Shown piece after piece: positions 8,919 to 17,081 of a stretch of DNA of 44,719 bases; within the stretch, counting starts at the first letter, position 1; each line of letters begins with the position of its first letter. The notes below the pieces were generated by a model. It searched no databases and was not told the DNA's origin. It saw only the letters and a list, made by a program, of their open reading frames with translations. Source of the stretch: Firmicutes bacterium HGW-Firmicutes-19 (GTDB lineage: Bacteria; Bacillota_I; Bacilli_A; Erysipelotrichales; Erysipelotrichaceae); contig PGZW01000001.1 of NCBI GenBank assembly GCA_002841515.1, positions 1-44,719 of the forward strand, in the 5' to 3' direction. Made by a program: the position numbers and the translations under genes.

Positions 8919-8980
8919 GCTGGTATTAGCACCTTGCCATGGGCAGGTTGCTGTGTGATCATTGAGCCAGTCACTAACAC
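8919..8980 (-). repeat. Leader direct repeat, copy B (62 nt)
   Basis: See copy A. A shorter motif AAGCCC(TC)CCTATC precedes both copies (8739-8753 and 8868-8880), so the duplicated unit may be ~90-113 nt with indels. Confidence 0.7.
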
Positions 8981-9182
8981 AGTCAAAATATAGCGTGGGT
9001 GTTAAACAAAAGAAACATCAATAATCTAGAAAATAATTAAATTCTTAACAAAGCAAATGATTGTGTTGCATTAAGGACAAGTACTTGTTCATTTGGCTTA
9101 AAGAAATTTTCTACTAGCATTCTTGAATACTGTCAATTTTCAAAAAAGTGAATGGAATCATTTACGAAGAAAAATTGATCTA

Positions 9183-10478
9183 TTATACACGTTCAATCAA
9201 TTCTTTTATTTGCTTTAGCTCCTCATGAAAAACATTGTTTATATAACTAAAGCAATCATAATCATTAATTCCCAGCACTTTTTTTATTCTCTTATATGCT
9301 TCGTGGGATTCACATGACTCAACAATCTCTTTTACTTGGTGAATTTTATAAGGTTCTAGACCACAAAAACCACTTAAAAATCCAGAGCTAGAGTGAGACA
9401 AATCAGAACATATGAACTTCTCAATATCTTTAAAAGGCAGTAGATGAGTATATTCATTTTCTGGTAATTCTCTTATTATTGATTCCGCTTGATCACCATC
9501 AAAAACAAATATAAATTTAGAATTGATTTCCTCAAAACATGGTTTTCCTATATCAAGTATAGATTTTAATAGAGACTTCATTTTACCAGAACCACCAACT
9601 TGAAAAACATTTAGTGAAGGCCAAGTAAAGTTTATAAATGATTTGATTAACTCATCTTCGACGAAAATAACATTATGGGATTTATTATATAGGCTATATC
9701 TTTCAGAAAAAAAGTTGTAAAACTCCTCTAAGCTCAGTTCGATGTTTTGCTCTCTATAATTAGTTGAAAGAACAATTTTAAAAGGGCATCTAAAATCTTT
9801 AAGATAATCAATAATTTCAAGTGCATTTGTAGTCATAACTATTTCATTTTTATTTACTGAAGATGAGAAAATCATAAGTTTTGTAATATTTTCAAGTGCT
9901 TTTGTCGAAATGTAATTGAATGGTTCATCAATGAATAGTTTTTGATCTTTTCGCTTAAAAAGCAATAAAAACAGGGAAATTAAGTATTGTTCACCAACAC
10001 CCATCTCTAGAGTTGAGTACTTTTCTCCGTTAACTAATTCCACATCAAAATAGAAGTAATTCGAACCGTAGATGATTTCCAATGAATCTTTGTCGAATAA
10101 TTCACCAAACAAGTTTTTATAGTTTAACTTCTCACCAAAATTATCGCTCAAAAATTCGTTGATATCCAGTACTTTGTATTTTATCGTCTTATATAATTTG
10201 GCAGTCACTAAATTTATGTGATTGATTTCGTTATCTAGAATCTCAGCGGTTTGTAATTGGTCTAAATATTTCTTTCTATGAAAAGCTTTGGCAAAAACAA
10301 ATGAGGCAACAGGATAAGTTGATAAAACTAATGTCTTTTTTTCAGCTGTCTCATGTTTGTACTTTTCCGTTATTTTAATTGTTTTCCCAGAACCATTATT
10401 ACCAAGTATAATCAATGGACAGGAATTCGTATCAATTCTTGATGAATAGTCCAGTACTCTGTTATTACGAAAATTCAT
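9183..10478 (-). CDS. ABC-type (OLD/AriA-like) ATPase fused to a C-terminal Toprim (OLD/DUF4435-like) nuclease domain
   Basis: 431 aa. Walker A ILGNNGSGKT, signature-like MGVGEQYLISL, Walker B KLFIDEPFNYIS. The Toprim Glu lies in VIFVEDELI and the DxD in FVFDGDQAE, ~50 aa later. The ATG overlaps the upstream DUF262 gene by 14 nt. Confidence 0.75.
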   Translation of the reverse strand: MNFRNNRVLDYSSRIDTNSCPLIILGNNGSGKTIKITEKYKHETAEKKTLVLSTYPVASFVFAKAFHRKKYLDQLQTAEILDNEINHINLVTAKLYKTIKYKVLDINEFLSDNFGEKLNYKNLFGELFDKDSLEIIYGSNYFYFDVELVNGEKYSTLEMGVGEQYLISLFLLLFKRKDQKLFIDEPFNYISTKALENITKLMIFSSSVNKNEIVMTTNALEIIDYLKDFRCPFKIVLSTNYREQNIELSLEEFYNFFSERYSLYNKSHNVIFVEDELIKSFINFTWPSLNVFQVGGSGKMKSLLKSILDIGKPCFEEINSKFIFVFDGDQAESIIRELPENEYTHLLPFKDIEKFICSDLSHSSSGFLSGFCGLEPYKIHQVKEIVESCESHEAYKRIKKVLGINDYDCFSYINNVFHEELKQIKELIERV

Positions 10479-11580
10479 CGCTAATGAAATTGTAGTTTTT
10501 ACTGAAACGAGCTACTTGGGCATACGTTTCAGTCTCATATTTCTTAATGATTAATTCGAAATCCTCGGCATTATTACTCAGAATTTTTAGAATTGCTTGT
10601 CTTATAAGTATCGAGGGATAATCAGTTGAAGCATACATTGTATACTCATCAAAAATTGATTTTAAAGATTTTCCTTTGTATTTGCTGTTCTGACTCACAA
10701 ATTTCAAGATTTCAATTAATCTGTTTTCATCAATCTCCACTGCTGTCAAGAAAATAAGAACAGAATAAATTGTAGCTCGAGAATATTTAATTGCTGAATT
10801 TGATTGTAACAAATGACAATTTACTTTAAAGAACAGTTCAATTGCATCCTTAACTTTTTTAATGGTTCCTGATTTAAATTTTGAGTTGTTTCTATAAATC
10901 GAACTCAACATTTCTGATGTAATCTTTTTATCAATGATCTGATATTCAATTGTATAGCACACTTTCAAAAGAATATCTTCATATATCTTTCTAACATTAC
11001 TAAACCCTAAGGTGCCTAAAGAAGCACCACTCTCAATGAAAAATGCATTCAAATCACTTATTTGAGTTCGAGTTTCACCAATATGTGCATTTCTTTTTTC
11101 CGAAGTTGTAAGAGTCATGGGTGAATTAAATCTTTGAAATAATTCTGCAATTTCCTTCTCTGTTGCATCAGAAATCTCGTAAACAGGAATTGGTGTAGCT
11201 AGAACTTTATCATAAATAGCTTGATAAAAATCATCGTCTTTTGCTCTTGATTCTATTTGAAGAAATGTTAGATTGTGTAGTTTTACAATTGCATTATTTT
11301 TAGGTTCAAATCGCGAATTTACCCTCAAAGTTCCATCTATAATAAACTCCTTGATCGCAGTAATCCTCTGTAGACCATCTAGAATATCATACTTATTTTC
11401 ATTATTTAGAAAAATAACTGGTGGTATTGGCCAACCACGGATAATTGTGTCAATCAATTTCCTTTTCTTCTTGTTATCCCAAACTTCACCCCTTTGGAAG
11501 TCGGCATCAAGGGATATATTATTCCTCCTTATGCGGTTTGTTATACTTTCAACATCAAATATTGTCATATTTTGTTTCAT
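10465..11580 (-). CDS. DUF262 (ParB/GmrS-like NTPase) domain protein lacking a recognisable DUF1524 nuclease half
   Basis: ORF track 10465..11688. ATG 11578-11580 is preceded by GGGAGAGAAAG. N-terminus: DADFQRGEVWDNKKKRKLIDTIIRGWPIPPVIFL...YDILDGLQRITAI (DUF262 FQR and DGQQR-type motifs). No His-Me/HNH motif seen in the C-terminal half. Confidence 0.8.
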   Translation of the reverse strand: MKQNMTIFDVESITNRIRRNNISLDADFQRGEVWDNKKKRKLIDTIIRGWPIPPVIFLNNENKYDILDGLQRITAIKEFIIDGTLRVNSRFEPKNNAIVKLHNLTFLQIESRAKDDDFYQAIYDKVLATPIPVYEISDATEKEIAELFQRFNSPMTLTTSEKRNAHIGETRTQISDLNAFFIESGASLGTLGFSNVRKIYEDILLKVCYTIEYQIIDKKITSEMLSSIYRNNSKFKSGTIKKVKDAIELFFKVNCHLLQSNSAIKYSRATIYSVLIFLTAVEIDENRLIEILKFVSQNSKYKGKSLKSIFDEYTMYASTDYPSILIRQAILKILSNNAEDFELIIKKYETETYAQVARFSKNYNFISDEFS

Positions 11581-12031
11581 CTTTCTCTCCCATCTAAATA
11601 GCTTAGTTATAAAGAAACATTTCGACTTCAAAACATAAAACATGTTGCCATTAACTAAAACACAAATTGTTTTAGTAATCATTTTCAAATCTTAACTCAA
11701 CCTCTACTATATCGAGGTGATGATAAGATCAATACTTTGTTTTAGATCATAAACTTTTTTCAATAGTTTGAGCATTGATTGTTGAGCATATAAAGTTGAA
11801 AGTCAATGAACTGCCTAACAATGCACTCATTTATGTTCACATTAGTTAAAGACAGTCTTATAAAGAATAATCCTCAAAACAATGTAGGCATCAAATCTAA
11901 AAATTGCAGATGTAGATTTATACTTCATGTTATGATGATATGTCAAAAAGATCTATTTAGTTTATAATTTTACAGATATCTAATAGAAACAACCCCACTT
12001 TACTTTAAAACACATCAAAATATCATCGTAT

Positions 12032-12328
12032 TTAGAGATTTGAGGAATCTTTATCAATAATCGATATCATTGCTATCCCAAAATATGATGTACTAATTGT
12101 AGTAAATAGTCTTATTGCATCTAAATCAAAATCCTCGTACATAAATCCACTTATCAAAAATCCGATTATAATAGACGTGACAAAGAAACGAAATGCAGTA
12201 TCCAATACACCATTATCAACAGAGAAATTCTTAGCAATGTATTCACTAACTTTTATAAAACTATAAACAAGTATAACCCCAAAAGACCAAAAAATTCCAT
12301 CAATTATTGCAGAAATACTCTCAGACAT
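12032..12328 (-). CDS. Small hydrophobic protein (98 aa, ~3 TM), doubtful gene
   Basis: The ORF translation is strongly hydrophobic, but there is no Shine-Dalgarno before ATG 12326-12328. It is separated from its neighbours by 171 and 343 nt. Confidence 0.35.
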   Translation of the reverse strand: MSESISAIIDGIFWSFGVILVYSFIKVSEYIAKNFSVDNGVLDTAFRFFVTSIIIGFLISGFMYEDFDLDAIRLFTTISTSYFGIAMISIIDKDSSNL

Positions 12329-12499
12329 AGTACAAACTGTATGATCCAGTTTTGGATTATACTTCTCCTTTCAAGAAAACTGACAGTAATAAATTCCTAC
12401 CACTCAAGCATACATTTAATTGCATCAATTTAAATTTCAGAATTATTTCTAATTATCAATACATTGAAGTCCCAATCTTTATAAGTCCTCAAAGTTCAT

Positions 12500-13081
12500 C
12501 TATTTACAAACCAAACAAAAGAAATTAATCCATTCTGTCATTTCCGTGTTTTTTTTTGAATCTTTAGTTATGACGACACTGCTAATTTTCAAAAAATCTC
12601 TCATTGGCTCAAAAAAAGTAAACTCATCTTGGCTAAAGCAAGTAAAATCTCTCCCTCCTTCTGAATAATCATCTCCCACTTTAAATGATGCATATAGTAC
12701 CCCTCCCTTTCTAAGTGCTCTTTCTAACCTTCTAAACACATTCGGTAAATCTTCTCTAGAAACATGCAGCAACGATGCACATGCCCATATCCCATCGAAT
12801 TCATCCACATAATCCAAATCCTCAAATCTCAAAAGTTTCGTCATTTGTCCTGTATATTCAGTACTTAATCGAACCATCTGTATTGATGAGTCAAACGCGT
12901 CGACCTCATATCCCTTTTGTAAAAATACTTTGGTATCACGTCCAACACCGCAACCAGCATCCAATATTCGTGCTCCAGGTTTTAAGTATGCCAAAAATTT
13001 GCTGATCATTTCGGACATATCGGCATCGATCGTGTTTTTAAAGTATTCATCATAATTCTCATCGTAGTAGTTCTTGGTCAT
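12500..13081 (-). CDS. Class I SAM-dependent methyltransferase (small, Methyltransf_11/25-like)
   Basis: 193 aa. Motif I ILDAGCGVGRDT, post-I acidic DAFDSS, then GIWACASLLHV. The ATG overlaps the stop of the upstream helicase (ATGA, 13078-13081). Confidence 0.8.
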   Translation of the reverse strand: MTKNYYDENYDEYFKNTIDADMSEMISKFLAYLKPGARILDAGCGVGRDTKVFLQKGYEVDAFDSSIQMVRLSTEYTGQMTKLLRFEDLDYVDEFDGIWACASLLHVSREDLPNVFRRLERALRKGGVLYASFKVGDDYSEGGRDFTCFSQDEFTFFEPMRDFLKISSVVITKDSKKNTEMTEWINFFCLVCK

Positions 13082-15501
13082 TTAACCTCACAATAAGACT
13101 TCTTATCAAGTCTTAAATCAATAAACTCGTTTCTTCTAAACTGTATGGCGTCTTGAATAAAATAAATGGCTTCACTTCTTTTAATGTCTTCACCTAAATC
13201 TATAATGATTCTCATGCCAGTATCCAAAGCTTCAAATATATCGGAATGACTTAAACTCAAGAAATGGACGGGATTATCCTTGGCCATTTTCCAAACTTCA
13301 TTATCTGAGTAATCATGAAATCTCTTTCGAGACTCAACATTTTGAATGTCTATGAAATTTCTTTGATTTGCATAGAAATTTCTAAACGATTGAATGATAT
13401 CCTCTTTACTTATTATATAGCGGAAATGTCCTTCATTAAAGAACGCTAACAAGATAGGGACTTTATATAAGCGACTAAAACTCGTGGATTCAATCATCTC
13501 AATGAATTTCTTTGTTTCCAGATCTAACTCCAATTTGAAATCAGAATCTGATTTTTTCAAGAACTCATAATAGTTTTTAAACGGATTTTTACTACCGAAA
13601 CTTTTGATGAAAGCATACTCGTCACTAGTAAGTGAGTTATATAGTTCTACTCTGGTTGGCACATATCTTAGGTCTCTCTTACATCGCCAATAGTAATCAA
13701 CGATTGTATCTGATTGTTTTCGTGTCGCTATCCGAGACTTCTCAATGATATCTATTACTTTAGGATCAAAGGATATCTGACAATTCAATGGAAGGTTATC
13801 TTCTTTAGCGACTATGTCCGTAATCCGGCCTGTTGAACCCACACTATATTTATTCAAAAACACTTGAGGAATCATTTCAACCTTTTTATAGTTACCCACA
13901 AAGTCTAAAATTTTCAAGTCCATCTTGCCTTCTGATTTCCTTAATCCACGACCAAGTTGCTGAAGAAAGACGGTGATAGATTCTGTTGGTCTTGCCATCA
14001 AAATCATGTCTACTGCCGGTACATCTAATCCCTCATTAAACATATCAACTGTAAAAAGAATTTCTATACTTCCTTTTTTAAGGTTCTCCACCGCAATCTC
14101 TCGGTCTAGCAGATGCTTGCGACCTGCTTGACTATGAACCGTATGAGCAATCACTCCATGATTTTGAAAGTACTCTGCCATCATTTCCGCATGATCGATT
14201 CCAGAACAAAATGCCAATGTACGTTTTCGGTAATGGCTCTTGTAGTGGGTAAATATTAGGTCTGCTCTTTTACCAATCATCAATGCCTTCTCTAAGTCCT
14301 CAGATACATATTTACCATTCTGATAGCGAATCGTATCATAATCAACTGTGAAGTCATAGATCCCATAGTACTGAAACGGAGAAAGCAAGTCACGATTGAT
14401 TGCAGAAAAGAAATCCAAATCATACGCAACGTTATAATCGCAAATTTCAAATACATTTTTACGGTCCATTCTATGTGGCGTTGCAGTTAATCCAAGAAGG
14501 AATTTTGGTTTAAAGTAATCAACTATCTTCTTATAACTAAACGTCGCAGCATGATGAAACTCATCAATAATAACATATTCGTACTTCAATGGATCTATTT
14601 TTTCAATATGTTCCGTCCGGGATAATGTCTGAACAGACGCAAATAAAACATCCTTGCAATCGTAGATACCATCATAAAACCTGCCAATATCATCAGATTT
14701 GCGTATTGCATGGAATGTTCGGATGGCTTGTTCAAGAATTTCCTCACGATGAGCCACAAACAAAACACTTGAGAAACTTAGAGAATCAAAAGCAGCGAGA
14801 GCAGTCTTCCCTACACCTGTAGCCACAACACACAAAGCTTTATCATTTCCATCTTTTCGCGTTTTCTCAAGTTTTAATAATGCTTCCTTCTGAGCGGTGT
14901 TTGGGACAAATTCGCCTTCAACAAATTCCAATTCTTCATCAATTCGAGCCTTACGTAAGGAGTTGAAATGCTTATTGACCTTTCGATCATATCGCTCATT
15001 GAAAACATATCCAGAAGCATAATCATCAACGATTTCTTCAGTCAAGACAACTGACTCATGATTATAAAGTTTCTCGAATTCATCACACAAGTGCTTATAA
15101 CTCTCAAGGTCATTTTTCTCTTCAATACAGTAATTCCACTCCACACCATCAACCAATGCTGACTTCGATATATTGGAACTCCCTAAATAAACTCTTCCAC
15201 CTTCGTCGCTCTTAAAGAAGTATGCCTTCGGATGAAAACTTGGTGACTTGCCATTATATAAATGAACTGTTCCTTCAGGTAGCATGTAAAGTAGTTTATA
15301 CAATGCCACAGGTTGAGTGATATCTAGGTATGTACTGGTCAAAACTCTTACAGGAATGCCATTCTCTACACAATGAACAATCATTTCCTCAATTAACTTT
15401 AATCCTGAATAACGGACAAAAGATACAATGAAATCAACACCATTTGTATCATTGTAACTTGATAATGATTCAACTAGTTTACTAGTAACTGCTCTTCTCA
15501 T
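13078..15501 (-). CDS. PLD(HKD)-nuclease / SF2 (ResIII-type) helicase / C-terminal DUF3427-like domain fusion protein
   Basis: 807 aa. HKD-like FHPKAYFF...LGSSNISKSAL. Helicase motifs: I VVATGVGKT, II VIIDEFHHA, III LGLTATP, VI QQLGRGLR. The ~250-aa C-terminal domain is assigned to DUF3427 from my memory of this architecture only. Confidence 0.85.
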   Translation of the reverse strand: MRRAVTSKLVESLSSYNDTNGVDFIVSFVRYSGLKLIEEMIVHCVENGIPVRVLTSTYLDITQPVALYKLLYMLPEGTVHLYNGKSPSFHPKAYFFKSDEGGRVYLGSSNISKSALVDGVEWNYCIEEKNDLESYKHLCDEFEKLYNHESVVLTEEIVDDYASGYVFNERYDRKVNKHFNSLRKARIDEELEFVEGEFVPNTAQKEALLKLEKTRKDGNDKALCVVATGVGKTALAAFDSLSFSSVLFVAHREEILEQAIRTFHAIRKSDDIGRFYDGIYDCKDVLFASVQTLSRTEHIEKIDPLKYEYVIIDEFHHAATFSYKKIVDYFKPKFLLGLTATPHRMDRKNVFEICDYNVAYDLDFFSAINRDLLSPFQYYGIYDFTVDYDTIRYQNGKYVSEDLEKALMIGKRADLIFTHYKSHYRKRTLAFCSGIDHAEMMAEYFQNHGVIAHTVHSQAGRKHLLDREIAVENLKKGSIEILFTVDMFNEGLDVPAVDMILMARPTESITVFLQQLGRGLRKSEGKMDLKILDFVGNYKKVEMIPQVFLNKYSVGSTGRITDIVAKEDNLPLNCQISFDPKVIDIIEKSRIATRKQSDTIVDYYWRCKRDLRYVPTRVELYNSLTSDEYAFIKSFGSKNPFKNYYEFLKKSDSDFKLELDLETKKFIEMIESTSFSRLYKVPILLAFFNEGHFRYIISKEDIIQSFRNFYANQRNFIDIQNVESRKRFHDYSDNEVWKMAKDNPVHFLSLSHSDIFEALDTGMRIIIDLGEDIKRSEAIYFIQDAIQFRRNEFIDLRLDKKSYCEVK

Positions 15502-15594
15502 GTTCTTTCCTCATTAACTCCAATTAAAAGTTGTTTTGACTTATGTTTTAGAATGCCTGATTGCTAACCAAAGTAGTAACTTATTTTAAACAAA

Positions 15595-17034
15595 CTATTG
15601 AATATAATAATTTAGCACAGTGATGATTCTTTGATTCATACTCTCACTAATTTTTTTTCGTATATTCCTCTTATTGTTGTCATTTATAAAGATATCTACT
15701 TCGTACTTTTCGTCCATAGAAAGAGAATCATATGATGCCCAAAACATTTCAATTTCATTACTCAATGCTGACTTTGTTCTATTTATAATAAATTTCTCAG
15801 GAAGAATGAGAATTCTTTTAAACTCATCAACATTTCCTCCAAATGCATGTTTGAAATAACTAGACTTTGGTCCAACAACACCATGTGTTGGAATAAGAAT
15901 ACATTGAATTGCTCTTAAGAACTTTTTGTTCCAATTCTTACCAACGTACTTTCTGTCTTTTGAATTTTCACCAAAAATGGGTGTATATTTCATAGGAAAT
16001 GACCAAATTGATGTTTGGATTTTTCTATCAGAAAATTCATTGTTTAAATCAATATTAACTTTTAATCTAGTATATAAGTCTTCCGGAGTATCGTCTAGAT
16101 TAAAGAGAATGTAATTAGAACAACTCTTAATATTCTCATCAGCTGCCATTCTCATCACTTCCGAATAAATTCTTACAAATTCATTATTAGCATGATCAAA
16201 TGCTACTCGAAGAGGATTTATCTCGATCTTTCCTAAAAGAGACATTAAGTTACGATTTGAGTATAGTAACCTTGCATCTAGTCCTTGATTGAAATCAATT
16301 ATTTTTTTTAATTTTCGGGTTCGTCCATTTCTATTCACTAGTAGACTCTTATTATTTCTACCAAATCCGCATTTAATAAGGTCCTCAACAATGTCTGCTA
16401 TGTTTTTTGATGCTAATACATTGTTGTCCATCATCATCATATATCGCTTTTCACCAAATTTTGAATCAATATCCTCTTTAACTTTGACAATATCCAAATA
16501 ATCGCAATAAACGGGTTCAATTTGTGGAACTGCACAAAAAACACACTTTCTTATACAGCCATGGGTGCTTCGCAGAAAATATGCATCAAAACTTGGATAT
16601 ACATAACTGAGATAAGGGTTTTTATCCATTGATATCATGTCATAATCTGGAGTTAAGTTGTCGACTACAATATCGTCTTCTCCCAAAATACCAGGTTTAT
16701 CAATTAACCCTCTAATAATATTAATTTTTTTGAGTTCATCAATTTTCTCAAGCTCTTCAAACATAATTGTCGCCATTGGACCACCAATGTAGATATCACT
16801 TAATGATGAAACGAAACTTTTATAATAAAGAATTGTTTTAATTGTGATTTGAAAGTGAAATGTAAAAACCGTTGATATGTAAATTCTGTCCCAATAGATT
16901 TTTGTTAGCTCTTTATTAATACCTTTCGTAAAAAAAACTTCATCGTTTTTTGATTTGTGATACGTTGAGATTTTCATCAATCCCAAGGGTGGGAGTTTAT
17001 TTTTATAATTAGGTTCAACAAGTAGAATTTTCAT
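15595..17034 (-). CDS. Radical SAM enzyme with N-terminal B12-binding-like domain (COG1032/class-B-like)
   Basis: ORF track 15595..17085 (GTG, forming a GTGA overlap with the upstream stop). ATG 17032-17034 has AGAGGAAAAATC upstream. The N-terminus MKILLVEPNYKNKLPPLGLMKISTYHK is typical of the B12-binding-like Rossmann domain. The CX3CX2C cluster motif GCIRKCVFC is encoded at 16534-16557. Downstream: MMMDNNV and IDFNQGLDARL. Confidence 0.85.
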   Translation of the reverse strand: MKILLVEPNYKNKLPPLGLMKISTYHKSKNDEVFFTKGINKELTKIYWDRIYISTVFTFHFQITIKTILYYKSFVSSLSDIYIGGPMATIMFEELEKIDELKKINIIRGLIDKPGILGEDDIVVDNLTPDYDMISMDKNPYLSYVYPSFDAYFLRSTHGCIRKCVFCAVPQIEPVYCDYLDIVKVKEDIDSKFGEKRYMMMMDNNVLASKNIADIVEDLIKCGFGRNNKSLLVNRNGRTRKLKKIIDFNQGLDARLLYSNRNLMSLLGKIEINPLRVAFDHANNEFVRIYSEVMRMAADENIKSCSNYILFNLDDTPEDLYTRLKVNIDLNNEFSDRKIQTSIWSFPMKYTPIFGENSKDRKYVGKNWNKKFLRAIQCILIPTHGVVGPKSSYFKHAFGGNVDEFKRILILPEKFIINRTKSALSNEIEMFWASYDSLSMDEKYEVDIFINDNNKRNIRKKISESMNQRIITVLNYYIQ

Positions 17035-17081
17035 GATTTTTCCTCTATATCTATCATAATTTAATAAAAGCAAATTGTCGA

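Noticed and set aside
8739-8980. Leader repeats considered as a CRISPR array, a type III toxin-antitoxin RNA, or a ZTP (pfl) riboswitch
   Set aside because: There are only two diverged copies (76% identity) with a 153-nt period and no cas genes, so this is not CRISPR. Type III antitoxin RNAs are tight tandem ~34-45-nt repeats directly abutting a terminator and a ToxN/AbiQ-like toxin, which I do not recognise here. GACTGGC resembles a fragment of the ZTP motif, but the remaining conserved helices and the pseudoknot sequence are absent, and the downstream genes are not purine or folate genes.
9183-10478. ATPase-Toprim protein considered as Gabija GajA or PARIS AriA/AriB
   Set aside because: There is no adjacent UvrD-like GajB and no separate DUF4435 gene. 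The partner is a DUF262 protein, so neither named system fits from what I can see. This needs profile confirmation.
13078-15501. PLD-helicase considered as DISARM DrmC/DrmA or Mokosh
   Set aside because: DISARM requires DrmA + DrmB (DUF1998), which are absent. Mokosh couples PLD to an SF1 COG1112-type RNA helicase, whereas this core is SF2/ResIII type (GVGKT, DEFHH, TATP, QQLGRGLR).
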